Of a stretch of 64,000 nucleotides of DNA, positions 39,556-50,800 are shown piece by piece (the first letter of the stretch is position 1; each line of letters starts with the position of its first letter). This DNA is from an uncultured Aquimarina sp. (lineage in GTDB: Bacteria > Bacteroidota > Bacteroidia > Flavobacteriales > Flavobacteriaceae): NCBI RefSeq assembly GCF_947496855.1, contig NZ_CANMED010000008.1:76509-140508 (forward strand), read 5' to 3'. Made by a program: the position numbers and the translations under genes. The notes under the pieces are model-generated. The model was not told the DNA's origin, did no database searches, and was given only the letters and a program-made list of their open reading frames with translations.

Positions 39556-40863
39556 ATGGACAAGAAAAGTATTTTTTTACGTGAAAATTGTATCACATTT
39601 TTACTCTGTATATTCCTAATTATTGGATACTCTAATAGTCTACAAGCATTTAGCTTTTTTCAAGACACCGATATCCAGAACAGTGTAAATTATAATGAGT
39701 ATAAAGGAATTGTAGTGGATAATAACACTAATGCCCCATTGGTATCAGCCACAATTTTATTGAATGGAACTAACATCTCGACGATCACCAATCGAGAAGG
39801 TGAATTTTTGTTAAAGGTGCCAAAAACTGCTACCGATGATAATATCACTGTGTCCTTTTTAGGATATAAAGATAAAGTAGTTTCACTTTCTTCCTTAAAA
39901 GGTGACGATACAAAAATCAAATTAGATGCAACAATAACAGAATTATCCGAAGTTAATATTGATCCCACAGACCCAGAAGCTCTTATCAAAGAGGTTATGA
40001 AACGACGTGGTGCAAACTACCAAAGCGATAACACCATTATGACAGCTTTTTATCGCGAAACTATTAAAAGAAGGAGAACCTACGTATCCCTTTCCGAAGC
40101 TGTAGTTGATGTATATAAAAAGCCTTATGTATCTGGTAAAACTGATATTATTAAGTTATATAAAGCAAGAAAAAGTGCAGATTATAAAAAGTTGGATACA
40201 CTTACGTTAAAGCTTCAGGGAGGACCATCGAGTACGTTGTTTATTGATGTGATGAAAAATCCTGACCTTCTTTTTACAGAAGATATTTTAAAAATCTATG
40301 AGTTTAGTTTTGATAAATCTACTAAAATTAATGATCGGTATATTTACGTTCTTAATTTTAAGCAACGCCCTAATATAGAAGATCTTTATTATTATGGAAA
40401 ATTATATATCGATTCTGAAACATTAGCATTAACAAAAGCAGTTTTTAGTTTAAATCTAGAAGATAGAAATAAAGCCAGTAAATTATTTGTTAGAAAAAAA
40501 CCAACAAGAGCCAAGGTGTATCCTACAGTAGCTACCTATAACATGAACTATAGAGAATCTAATGGTAAATGGTATTATGGTTATGGGAAAATTGATCTGG
40601 TTTTTAAAGTAAATTGGAAAAAGAAATTATTTAATTCTACTTACAAATTAAATATCGAAATGGCTATCACCGATTGGAAAAAGAACCCGAATAATGAAAA
40701 CGTAAGACCAAAGGATCGTTTAAAATCATCTGTGGTTATTAGTGACGAGGCTTCAGGGTTTTCTGATCCAGAATTTTGGGGAGAATACAATGTAATTGAA
40801 CCCGATAAACCTATAGAATCTGCAATTCGTAAAATAAAGAAACAACTACGAAAATTGAATTGA
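39556..40863 (+). CDS. Exported carboxypeptidase-regulatory-like domain protein
   Basis: GIVVDNNTNAPLVSATILLNGTNISTITNREGEFLLKVP is a CarboxypepD_reg-type beta-sandwich. I prefer ATG 39556 over the TTG at 39541. Confidence 0.65.
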   Translation: MDKKSIFLRENCITFLLCIFLIIGYSNSLQAFSFFQDTDIQNSVNYNEYKGIVVDNNTNAPLVSATILLNGTNISTITNREGEFLLKVPKTATDDNITVSFLGYKDKVVSLSSLKGDDTKIKLDATITELSEVNIDPTDPEALIKEVMKRRGANYQSDNTIMTAFYRETIKRRRTYVSLSEAVVDVYKKPYVSGKTDIIKLYKARKSADYKKLDTLTLKLQGGPSSTLFIDVMKNPDLLFTEDILKIYEFSFDKSTKINDRYIYVLNFKQRPNIEDLYYYGKLYIDSETLALTKAVFSLNLEDRNKASKLFVRKKPTRAKVYPTVATYNMNYRESNGKWYYGYGKIDLVFKVNWKKKLFNSTYKLNIEMAITDWKKNPNNENVRPKDRLKSSVVISDEASGFSDPEFWGEYNVIEPDKPIESAIRKIKKQLRKLN

Positions 40864-40888
40864 TCATATTTCAATTCGTTTTAAAAAA

Positions 40889-40918
40889 ACAGGTGCTATA
40901 AAAAGCACCTGTTTTTTT
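40889..40918 (+). terminator. Rho-independent terminator
   Basis: acaggtgct-ataaaa-agcacctgt forms a 9-bp stem followed by a T-run. Confidence 0.75.
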
Positions 40919-41033
40919 GTTTATAATAATAACTACTTACCTCTATTTTATTACATTTACATCCAGAAAACAAGGGGTTGTCACATCTTTTCTTATAAAA
41001 AGTCTTTAAAGATTATATATTAATAATTATCAC

Positions 41034-42485
41034 ATGAACCGCATTTTGTGTATTGTAATTTCGATCATCACATCCACTACGCTATTTGCTCAGAAAAACC
41101 TAACACTTGAAAGGGCTCAGGAAGATTTTAAAATTTTTGAAAGCATATTAAAAAAAGGACATCCATCACTTTATGAATACATTAGCGAAGGTGATCTGGA
41201 TTCTGTTATGAGTGTTACCAAAGAATCAATTACAGCAGATATTTCTGATATCGAGTTATTTAAGAAGATGCAACAGGTTACCGACCAGATTAGAGATGGT
41301 CATTTATTGCTTTTTGCACCTAATACGCTAAATACTACACAATATTATTTTCCTTTAATACTTAAGATTATACAAGGGGAGTTTTATACCGATACGGATG
41401 ATTTTAAGATACCCGTTGGATCAAAAATCATTAAAATACAAGGTAAACCGATAGGGCAAATTCTGGAAGCATTAAAAAAATACACTCCTACTGACGGCTA
41501 TAATCTTACCAGAAAATACAGAGACATCGAATTAAAGTTCGGCCTATTTTATACATACGAATACGGTCTACAAAAAAAATATACCGTTAATTATACGGAA
41601 CCAAATGGCACAGAGAAAACAATCACACTAGCAGCGGAATCTTTTGTTAATGCAAAACATCGAAATATTAACCGAAACTCTTATTTTTCGAAATATCATC
41701 AAGAAAAAGACAAAGTAGCTTTTTTTTCAAAACATATCAATACGAAAGAACCCTTTGTATACTATAAAAAAGATCTTAAAACTGCTGTTTTGGTTGTCAA
41801 CTCTTTTGGAGTAGATATCAGAGCATTTAAATCTCGTTTGATTAAACTCTTTAAGGAAATTAATAAAAAGAAAATAAAGCATCTCATTATTGACATACGA
41901 AACAACGATGGTGGTTTCAGACCTAATTCTGTGAATCTTTTTTCTTTTATTACAAACAAATTATACAAACAAAGAACGAGTGCTTTTGTTTCTTCACTAG
42001 AAGTTCCGGAACGAAAATATGTAACCAGAACATATGGCGAAAAAGAGTTTTTAAAAGATAAGTTCTATAATCATCCAAAATATGATGGATGGAAATTAGA
42101 TTTTGATGATTTAGAAACAATGATGGTTCCTAATAGAGATAGATTTTATGGTAAAGTATATATATTAGCTGCTGGAACTACTTTTTCTGCAGGTTCTGCA
42201 TTAGCGCTATTAGCTAAAAATGATCCGGATATCCTTTTAGTAGGAGAAGAAACTGGTGGTGGTTATTATTCTCATACAGGTCAATTTCCTGTGTATTATG
42301 AACTACCTAACACTAAGATTATTATGGTCATGTCTATGGAAAAAATCACCCATTATGTAAAAGACAAAACAGTTCCTAAAGGCTCTGGTGTGATTCCTGA
42401 TCGCACAGTACAACTTTCTGTAGAAGATCTAATACAAGGAAAAGATAGTCAGTTAGACTATGTTTTGAGATTGATCAAAGGGTAA
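41034..42485 (+). CDS. S41-family (tail-specific protease-like) peptidase, exported
   Basis: 483 aa with a signal peptide, LIIDIRNNDGG, and TFSAGSALA (serine nucleophile region). Confidence 0.75.
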   Translation: MNRILCIVISIITSTTLFAQKNLTLERAQEDFKIFESILKKGHPSLYEYISEGDLDSVMSVTKESITADISDIELFKKMQQVTDQIRDGHLLLFAPNTLNTTQYYFPLILKIIQGEFYTDTDDFKIPVGSKIIKIQGKPIGQILEALKKYTPTDGYNLTRKYRDIELKFGLFYTYEYGLQKKYTVNYTEPNGTEKTITLAAESFVNAKHRNINRNSYFSKYHQEKDKVAFFSKHINTKEPFVYYKKDLKTAVLVVNSFGVDIRAFKSRLIKLFKEINKKKIKHLIIDIRNNDGGFRPNSVNLFSFITNKLYKQRTSAFVSSLEVPERKYVTRTYGEKEFLKDKFYNHPKYDGWKLDFDDLETMMVPNRDRFYGKVYILAAGTTFSAGSALALLAKNDPDILLVGEETGGGYYSHTGQFPVYYELPNTKIIMVMSMEKITHYVKDKTVPKGSGVIPDRTVQLSVEDLIQGKDSQLDYVLRLIKG

Positions 42486-42550
42486 GAATCCATAAAAACA
42501 CCTAACTACAAATACTACTTCTAAACCAGAATTTGGCTTTTAAAAAGATA

Positions 42551-43024
42551 CTAGTCTAATGAATCTAACATCTGCTCATAATCATATTGCAGATCTTCAT
42601 GTAATGTAGTTATGATTTTTTTGATACCGGCTATTTGTCGCTCATAAAGACCAGACAACACTTTATTGTTTTTAATAGAAGGACGCATATCTTTTAATTC
42701 TGAGCAAAAATGAAGTAATATTTCTACCTCTGTTTCTTTTTTACCAGAATATCGGATATACTTTTTACTAATCCGTAGGATTTTACGAACACTTTTTTTG
42801 ATGTAATAATAACTACTAGTATTGATAAGGCCGAACTCATTGGTCATTTCTTGTCGTACTTCTGCTATATAATTATCTTCATCCGATGCTTCGTAAAGCA
42901 AGTAGGTAAGTAGTTCTTTGTTTTCTTTTTTGAACTTAGATAACCGTAAACAAAGTGCTACCAGTTCTTGTTGGGAACAATTGTTTAGTTCTAGTTTTAA
43001 TTCTCTTACTGTAGCAGCTTTCAT
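42551..43024 (-). CDS. Hypothetical protein
   Basis: 157-aa ORF with plausible helical protein composition. No motif recognised. Confidence 0.55.
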   Translation of the reverse strand: MKAATVRELKLELNNCSQQELVALCLRLSKFKKENKELLTYLLYEASDEDNYIAEVRQEMTNEFGLINTSSYYYIKKSVRKILRISKKYIRYSGKKETEVEILLHFCSELKDMRPSIKNNKVLSGLYERQIAGIKKIITTLHEDLQYDYEQMLDSLD

Positions 43025-43089
43025 CGCAATGTAACAAGTTTATATCTATTGCGAACTTAGGAATAATAATTAAGATGAGTTTTTTATTT

Positions 43090-43440
43090 GTTATAAAGGC
43101 CATGTTCACCCATCGACTTCGCTAGGGTTCGGAATGAAACTGCAATTCGAAGACTGTACTTTGGCTGGCTCAACATGAGATGTAGCCGAAGGCCGATATG
43201 CCAAAGGTTCGAGAACACCCTGACAAGTTTTGTATACACTTTACCCTTTGGAATCATATAATGATAATGACCATACTTTAATACTACGCGAGGACTGAGG
43301 CTCTCTAAGTCCGTTAATTCAGAGTTCGAGGGCCTCACCCTTCGATAACTTGGATAGTACGGATTTAAGGAACATTTTCGCGCTATCATATCCGAGCGGT
43401 CGGGTTTCTCTCACAGCACACCTTCGAAGAGCTGGACTCT
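43090..43440 (-). ncRNA. GC-rich structured non-coding element (unclassified candidate ncRNA or foreign DNA relic); strand uncertain
   Basis: By eye, GC is well above the ~30% flanks. Local hairpins include GGACT..AGTCC, TCGAAGGG..CCCTCGA, CCAAAGG..CCTTTGG and CCGA-CCGC-TCGG. Long-range complementarity exists between CTTCGAAGG..CTGT near one end and ACAGTCTTCGAA near the other. The only ORF (43084..43389) has non-protein-like composition. Confidence 0.3.
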
Positions 43441-43980
43441 TTAAGTTGATTCATCTTTTAAAGAAACAAATAACCAACAATTATTTTCTTTCTTAAATTC
43501 AAACTCAACCCTTATACCATTATCTATCCCTAATTGATAATATATATAAGTGTCATTTTCTTTTTTCTCTATTTTTGCTCTAAATCTATCAATATCTCTG
43601 TTTGCAGCTTCACTATCGTTGCTTAAATTAAAAAATTGATAATCCTGTTGCTCTATATATTCTTCTTCAGGTGTTGTTGTGTCAGAACTATAAGCATCAA
43701 AATATGTCATTTTTAAAGGAAATTTAACTCTACTTTTTTGAAAAACACTATCCTTAGAAAACCTATTGAAAAAAGCTTCAAAATTTAATCCACAATTTTT
43801 TGGAACAATAGGATTATCTGAAATAGGTTCTTGCAGAGTATCTAAAACAGGTTCATTTGTTTTCTCCGCTTTAATATCTAAATCTTTACTGTTTGTTTCT
43901 TTTTTATCTACGCACCCTGTAGCAAAAGCTACTAAGACTATCAATAATGTTGTTTTAAATAAAGTATTCATTTTGCTCAA
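43441..43980 (-). CDS. Lipoprotein, candidate immunity protein for the upstream RHS M23 cargo
   Basis: 179 aa with lipobox LVAFATGCVDKK. It starts 8 nt after the RHS stop. The immunity role is inferred from position only. Confidence 0.5.
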   Translation of the reverse strand: MSKMNTLFKTTLLIVLVAFATGCVDKKETNSKDLDIKAEKTNEPVLDTLQEPISDNPIVPKNCGLNFEAFFNRFSKDSVFQKSRVKFPLKMTYFDAYSSDTTTPEEEYIEQQDYQFFNLSNDSEAANRDIDRFRAKIEKKENDTYIYYQLGIDNGIRVEFEFKKENNCWLFVSLKDEST

Positions 43981-43988
43981 ATTAAGTT

Positions 43989-46900
43989 TTAATCCCTAAA
44001 TATCAGAGGGAGAGGTTTTGGTGCAGGTGTAGGTGCTGGATTTGGTATAGTTCCACCACCAGGAACCGGTTGTGGTGTTGGCAAAGGCGTAATATCATTC
44101 GGTGTTATTGGACTTACTGTACTTGCCTTAGGTAAAGCCGGTCTAGAAACTTCAACTTTAGGTGTGTATGTAACACCTGGAAATTTATAAAATGCCCAAA
44201 AATCATTATCATTATCATTATCATTATTACTAATACTATAATAAGATTCTGGCCAAGGACCAGCAGATATCCATGTTTGAGGATCTACTACGTTACTTGG
44301 AGTTTTAGCTTTACCTTCTGTTGGATTATACCAAGTATTATTTTTTCCTGTTTCAACAAAAGGGGCTTGTATTATACCGTAATGTAAATGAACTTGATAT
44401 CCTCGTTCTTTTCCTCTACCTGAACCCCCAATAAGACCAATTGTTTGTCCTTCATCTATTTCATCACCTACTTCTACTAAAACAGAACTCATATGAAAAT
44501 ATCTAGTTTGAAATGAACCGTCTGGTGATTGCAAATATACATTTCTTCCAGAACCACTTAAAGTAGCTTTTACAGATACTACTCGACCAGAGTGTGTCGC
44601 TAATACAGGTGCTCCAAAATCAGTTGCGCCACCTCCATCAAAATTTATATCTAAACCTCTATGATTTTTACTACATCCTGAACAATTTCTTGGACCAAAA
44701 TATGAGTCTATTCGTCTCCTCCAATTCTTAAACATTTCAGGAACTGGCCAAGGAATATTTCCTCCGCTATCACTAAAATAAATAGGATTATTAAATCCAA
44801 AATTATAAGGAGATTGAGATCTCATAAATTCAGCAAGTGGATCGATATTGAACCATCTTCCTAATTCTGGATTATAATTTCTTTCTCCAAAATCATAAGT
44901 AGTTAAACCAAGTTCGTTCTGTTCTTCTTTCCCACCAAAACCGTATTTATGTTCCGATACAATTAGATCATTGTATCCTTTATGTTGTAGTCCAAATGGA
45001 TAATAATTCTTCTCTTGTAGTATTTCGTGAGCATAATCAGCATCTCCATCAGCATCTGCATTATTTCTCAGCACATCAATTTTTCCATCTTTATCCTTAT
45101 CAGAAAATGAGAGTCTTATATTTCCCAGATGGTCTTTATATTGGTATACGTAATCAAACTCACCTTCTCCATTAGGTTCTATATACCCTTCTGCATGGTT
45201 AAAGAACTTAAGTTGTCCGTTTTCATACACATGGTTACCAGCGTATTCTACTATTAAAGAACTTCCTCCAGAGACAACTTTCTTTTGTTTCGCTCCAGTG
45301 GCATCGTAAATATAAGTAATATTTCCTGTTCCTTCACTATTAGAGATCGCAACAGTGTTAGGTAAGTTTAAATGATTATAACTAATACTAGATATTCCTT
45401 TATTATGATCCACAGTCATATTACCGTTAACATCATATTGATAATCATCTCCTGCAACTGTGGTATTCTTGGTAAATCCAAAAGGCATTGTTACCTCATC
45501 GGTAACTTTTAGTAATCTGTTCCCTGCATCATATTCATAGGCAAGATGATCCATCATGCCAAAATCACCAGATCTATTTCGATCAGGATTGGTAACAATC
45601 GCTCCAGTTCTTTGTAAGGTTTCGATATTTCCGTTTTTGTCATAGGATACATTACTTAAGTTATACCTACCATCACTACTCGTTCCGGCAAGAATTCTAT
45701 TCAATGCATCATACTGGTATCCATAAGCCCGTTTGGTATTATCATTAGCAGTTTTCCAACTAGTTTCACTAATGTTTCCATTGAATAATGGATCAGCACC
45801 TAAGTTTTCGCTAGTGGTATTGTAATTAATTACAATACCAAATAAATCACCATTATCGGTAGTACCCTCATTAATTTCTTTTAACCAACCTCTCACATTA
45901 TATGCGTAATCTACCTTTTGTAGTCCCCCTTCGGCTCCGCTCAAGGATCCTTGGGCACTGATCGACGCAGAAGTGCCTCCAACTGCTTTAGACTCCAATT
46001 GCCCTAATGCATCATAGGTGTTATATACGATTCGTTCTTCTGCTTGATTATTAATCGTTTGATTTTGATCTAATAATCTCCCCATATGATCGTAAGTAAA
46101 GGTATCAATGGTCACTATCGCAGCATTGCTGCCTTTGGTATGGGATGTTCGGGTTTTTAAAACCTTGCCCACAAAATCCAATTTATTTAAAATCCAATCT
46201 TCAGTACCGAGATAATCATTTTTTATATGCGTTTCCCAAGCTCTTCCCTTATTATCATAATAAGTAGCTGTTGTAATCCATTGATCAGTTCCTAACACTC
46301 TAACTTGGGATACCGTTGGTAAGCCTTTTACTTCAGCGGTTGCTGTCATACCTTCCCAGGTTCCGGAGCCATTAACTGGATTAAAAGTTACTAGATTTCC
46401 AACTTCATAATCATCATAGTAATTGATGGTTAATATTTCATCAAAGCTATTAGGATAAACACTCCCTTTATTATAATATATGGTTGTACCAATGTATATA
46501 TTGGGTACTGTTGTTCTATTTACAAATTGAGAAGTTCTTTCATCAGCTTCTATTTGTATTTGACTTCTGGTTTTGGTATTATTTTTATCTTTTCCAGTAT
46601 AAATTACTCTACCAAATGCATCATACGTGGTAAATAACCATTCATTTTTTGTTTTCTGATTTGCATCCTGAGTCATTATAGGTTGATCCAATTTGTTATA
46701 TATAATATACTCCCATCCTTTTCCTGGTATTTTCTTTTCGATCAATCGGTTTCTGTAATCATATGTATATTGGTAGCACAGTTCGGCAAGTTCTTCTGGA
46801 GATACTCCATCTGTAGCACTTAATGTTACTTTTGGAGGAATGACATAGGTAAGATTCCCAAAATCATCGTATACATAATAGGTATCGTGTGCTCCGCCTG

Positions 46901-47852
46901 CGGCACCTCCCCCAGAGGGAGAGGAGTTAAAAGTACGCTTTAGAATGACTCTGCCAGATTTATCAGTGAATTCCTGTGTAGTGTGATTATCACCATCACC
47001 CGTCGTCCAATTCTCATCTTTGGTAATGTTTACAAAGAGTTCATTATCTGGATAATCCCCCACTTTTACCAAGCTAGGCGCTTCGGTATTGCCATCGGTA
47101 AAGTTTACTCTAAAATAGACCACATCATCTGCGGCATTATTAGCCCTTCTATCTAATTTTATAGTATGATCATCTCCTGTAGTTTTTGCAATCCAGTCTA
47201 ATCCCGGTGCAGCCTGTTTTAAAGATCTACTTAATGGGGATTTCTCAAAAATAGTCTCTGAATAAGCATTGACATCAGCTTCTGCCATTCCGATAAAATC
47301 ATTAGGATATTTTGTTTTATAATAGCTATTAATATCTGTAATAACATCAACGGTATTATAACTTCCTATAACTTCATTTTGTCTCTCGAAAGGCAAATAC
47401 TGTTTTGCTTGTCTTCCATAAGTATCATATTCCATATAAGTTACAATATCCTTTTTATCAGAAGAGGCTTTAATTCCTATTTGTTGTGTAGCACGGCCTA
47501 ATCCATCAAAATAGGTAATGCTTTCGATCACATCGCTATTATTGCTAACTTCAGAAAAACTGGTCTTCTCCTTTTGATACACTCGTGTGAATACATAATT
47601 CTCGTCAGTGCTTAATAATGGATTTACATAAGGATCTCCAGAAATCGTTGCAGAAAACACAGTTCCTGGTTGTATCCAGGTGGTTGGTTTAATGATAATT
47701 TTTTGACCTGCGCTTACATTAAGTAATGCCGGATCGCTAGATGCATTAATGGTTTCGTTTTCTATAATTACTGTATCTGCTCTTTGGGCAGTTACCACTA
47801 TGCTTACTAAAACTAGCAAGACTGTAGCAATTTGTGTTACAATATTTTTCAT
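43989..47852 (-). CDS. DUF6443-type RHS/YD-repeat protein with C-terminal M23 (LytM-like) peptidase domain
   Basis: 1287 aa with a signal peptide and the N-terminal block STDENYVFTRVYQ...ITYFDGLGR. It has many YD repeats. The RHS core end is YNPELGRWFNIDPLAEFMRSQSPYNFGFNNPIYFSDSGG. It continues with HRGLDI (HxxxD) and HLHYG (HxH) M23 motifs and ends in a Pro-rich tail. Confidence 0.9.
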   Translation of the reverse strand: MKNIVTQIATVLLVLVSIVVTAQRADTVIIENETINASSDPALLNVSAGQKIIIKPTTWIQPGTVFSATISGDPYVNPLLSTDENYVFTRVYQKEKTSFSEVSNNSDVIESITYFDGLGRATQQIGIKASSDKKDIVTYMEYDTYGRQAKQYLPFERQNEVIGSYNTVDVITDINSYYKTKYPNDFIGMAEADVNAYSETIFEKSPLSRSLKQAAPGLDWIAKTTGDDHTIKLDRRANNAADDVVYFRVNFTDGNTEAPSLVKVGDYPDNELFVNITKDENWTTGDGDNHTTQEFTDKSGRVILKRTFNSSPSGGGAAGGAHDTYYVYDDFGNLTYVIPPKVTLSATDGVSPEELAELCYQYTYDYRNRLIEKKIPGKGWEYIIYNKLDQPIMTQDANQKTKNEWLFTTYDAFGRVIYTGKDKNNTKTRSQIQIEADERTSQFVNRTTVPNIYIGTTIYYNKGSVYPNSFDEILTINYYDDYEVGNLVTFNPVNGSGTWEGMTATAEVKGLPTVSQVRVLGTDQWITTATYYDNKGRAWETHIKNDYLGTEDWILNKLDFVGKVLKTRTSHTKGSNAAIVTIDTFTYDHMGRLLDQNQTINNQAEERIVYNTYDALGQLESKAVGGTSASISAQGSLSGAEGGLQKVDYAYNVRGWLKEINEGTTDNGDLFGIVINYNTTSENLGADPLFNGNISETSWKTANDNTKRAYGYQYDALNRILAGTSSDGRYNLSNVSYDKNGNIETLQRTGAIVTNPDRNRSGDFGMMDHLAYEYDAGNRLLKVTDEVTMPFGFTKNTTVAGDDYQYDVNGNMTVDHNKGISSISYNHLNLPNTVAISNSEGTGNITYIYDATGAKQKKVVSGGSSLIVEYAGNHVYENGQLKFFNHAEGYIEPNGEGEFDYVYQYKDHLGNIRLSFSDKDKDGKIDVLRNNADADGDADYAHEILQEKNYYPFGLQHKGYNDLIVSEHKYGFGGKEEQNELGLTTYDFGERNYNPELGRWFNIDPLAEFMRSQSPYNFGFNNPIYFSDSGGNIPWPVPEMFKNWRRRIDSYFGPRNCSGCSKNHRGLDINFDGGGATDFGAPVLATHSGRVVSVKATLSGSGRNVYLQSPDGSFQTRYFHMSSVLVEVGDEIDEGQTIGLIGGSGRGKERGYQVHLHYGIIQAPFVETGKNNTWYNPTEGKAKTPSNVVDPQTWISAGPWPESYYSISNNDNDNDNDFWAFYKFPGVTYTPKVEVSRPALPKASTVSPITPNDITPLPTPQPVPGGGTIPNPAPTPAPKPLPLIFRD

Positions 47853-47858
47853 CTATTA

Positions 47859-50800
47859 CTAGTTTTTGTAGTTATACTCGTTTTCTGATATCAAATTACC
47901 ATACTGATCTTTTACCGTTGATAATCGATTAAAACCATCATATTCATAATACATCGTATCTCCTCTGGGATCTGTTATACTAGTCACACCAATCTGTGGA
48001 TTATAGGTATAACTAATTATTTCTGCATTGGCAAAGAATGTGTGGGATCTTAAGTCCTCGAACTTAGATCGCATAGTAATCTCTTCAGAAGCAGTATCCT
48101 CTGCATTAGAGATTGTTTTGATCTGATCAATCAAATCGATTACCTCTGTAGGCATTCCTGTATAGGTAGCGTTGTCAATTTTAGCAATCGGATATCTATC
48201 GTTGTATCCCCAAATAAATATAACTGGACTTCCTAAGGTCTGTACAACTTCTAATGGATGTCCTAGATTATCATAATCTACATATCGCATACGCTCTTCC
48301 AGCGTTGCATTTCCTTTACTGGTATACACAAATTCTGGAGATACGTGTTTTTCGGTACCCCATAATTTATAATCTGTTCTTTGTTTAGCCAGTAGGATGT
48401 TTTCAGTTCCTTGCTTGGTGTACTGCTCTACTTGTAAAGGCATTCCAATACGATGGGTATCTATCATTACATCAATAGCTTTGTTGGCATTAAGAGGTAA
48501 AGTACCGAGCGCTGCTCTATCCTGAGGATAATACATTTTAGAGATCCCTATTTCCCCATTGTTTTTGGTGGTTTGCGTACGCGTCATTTGTTTATGAGTA
48601 TCGTTATCATAGAAGTATTCTGTTTTTTGCTCTATGAGCTGATCCTCAAAAAATTGTTTTTCTGTTTTTGCCTCTAATCGTGTCCATACAGGGGTTAAGC
48701 GGTACTTATTAGCAAAATACTTGGTATATGGCCCTAATTCTCCTCCTCCAAAACAACCGCCGACTATAGGGTCAGCAAGTGAGACAGAAATGGTATACGT
48801 ACCATTTTCGTATATTTTTTTCTTACAGGCCTGGTGTGCAACTGCCTCTGGCATCAAAAAGACTCCGTTGTGTGGCATGGTAGTACTCAGGGTTTGTTGT
48901 GAGTACAGCTGTGAGCTTTGCTGCGCAATTTTTCTTTGATCGTTATAATGGATAATGGCTCTCAGTCTTCCGTTTAGATGGTATCTGGGGAAATAAGGGC
49001 GGTTTGCCACTGCTACGCCATCATCCTCATTATAAAAACTATAGACAGTATGTCCTTGATATTGATCATTTTTGAATCGTATTTCAGAAACATTCGTATA
49101 GGCGATATTGTATTTTGCTTTTGGAGCTAAATTATTGCTATAAAACTTATACAAATTCACATCAGGTACATTGACACCGTCACGCACAAGACCACTATGT
49201 ATTTCTACATCAGAAAAGAATAGTTTTTGATGCACCACTCCGGAAGAAGCATAGTTACCTTCTATGATATCAGGAGTAATTGCTCCATTTTCAGGCAACG
49301 TATTATAATAATAATACTTAGTCAATACATCAGTAGCATTTTCTGAAGGTTTGTCTTCTGTTTTAACCAATCGTAAACCTCCTACCATATTGTTTCTGCT
49401 TATCTCCTGTTCTACTAACAAGTCATACTGAACATTCAAAGCTGTATTAGCATTTCCATTGACTAGTAAAATGCGATAATCTCCTTCTTCTAATTGTAAA
49501 ATAAAATCACTGTCAGGAGTCGTACTGAAGTATACAATCTTTGGGTTGGTAGCAGGATTGCTGGTCATAATATCGCAATAAGTTAGTGGTGCTTCTCCAT
49601 CATCACAAATCGTATAGGTATCACCCGATACGCTTGTAGAACATCCATTAGGTTGTAACCCAAGATCAGGACAAGGACGTGTCTCACACTGCCCTGTTCC
49701 TATTCGAGATTTATACACACAAACAAATGTTACTCCATTATCAGCTAATGGATTGCCGGGATCATAATTATTGAATGTGGCATCAAAAGCAATTGCTTTA
49801 TTTGCATTTAAAGCATCAATGGTAAACTCCCCATTGGCAATATTCTGAAGATTGTTTAGATATGAAACATCATCAACATTAGGACAATCGTTTAGATCAT
49901 TGGTACTGGCTATGGGGTTGTCACTTCCTCCCTGAACCGCAGTGGTGTATCTTTGTAGATTCGTATTGGTTTGTTCTTCTAAAGGACCACTATGTCCATT
50001 AAAAAAGAATTCCGTGCTTCCTCCAGTAGGATAGGTAATTTTTTGTAGCGTTCCATTGATGGCAAATTCCGGTTTAGATGTACGGTCAGACCCTGGGAAG
50101 TCATAATCTAATCGGCTCAATCCATATTGTTGGTTAAAAAGGAACCTGTTCCCCACCACATTGGTGATATGTGCTCCTCCACCATTATAATATCCCCAAA
50201 GATCCATATAATGAGAGCTTATGTGAGGAAGTTGTGTCGGGTTAAAATAATCAAAACTATGCGTTTTCTCTTTAGGAGTTGTAGGTGATGTATTAATAGT
50301 TCCTTGATTCTGAAACACCTCAATGTCACGAATTGCATCTAGTTTTAGACGTTTATCACCTGCTGGATATATCCCAGAACCGGATTCTGACACGAAATAT
50401 GAATAATCAAATTCGAAGGCTTTTACAGTTTGCCCTAAAGTGTTGTAAGCATTGATACCGGTAATCGCAGACTGCCCAAGCAAATCTTCTCGCTGCAGAC
50501 TACTTCCAAAATCTACTGCCAAGGTACCATTATGAAAAATAGCTGTTGGGTTAAATTGTTTGATCTTATAGATTGTTTGCTTATGTTGTTCTACAATTTC
50601 TTGTGTAAAAACTGAAGAATTCACGTTTTGATAAAATTGAACAATATGGTCTAAAGGCAACCGCTGATTCTCTGCATAGTAGGCTCCATTACCGTAGTAG
50701 TATACGATTGTATCTTCTTTATCAGCAGTTTCTATGTTGGTAACATACCAACTGGAGATATATTCTGCGGTATACTCATTCTGTTGGGTGCTATAGGATG

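Noticed and set aside
43084-43389. 101-aa minus-strand ORF in the GC-rich island
   Set aside because: Its composition (MIARKCSLNPYYPSYRRVRPSN...) does not look like a protein. It has no plausible start context, and its length is explained by the lower stop-codon frequency in a locally GC-rich segment. I treat it as non-coding.
43084-43440. Possible RNase P RNA or tmRNA (size and GC would fit)
   Set aside because: I found no GAGGAAAGUCC-type P4 motif and no ACAGAAxCCGGCUUA-type 3' motif on either strand. The nearest match is AAAGAGTCCAGCTC, with only AT-rich sequence where P1-P3 should be. There is no GGGG...CCACCA acceptor end or tag ORF for tmRNA. Both identities are rejected pending a covariance-model search.
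44202-44225. (ATCATT)4 repeat as a phase-variation switch in the RHS gene
   Set aside because: The unit length is 6 nt, so slippage keeps the reading frame and only changes the number of Asn-Asp dipeptides. It is not an on/off switch.
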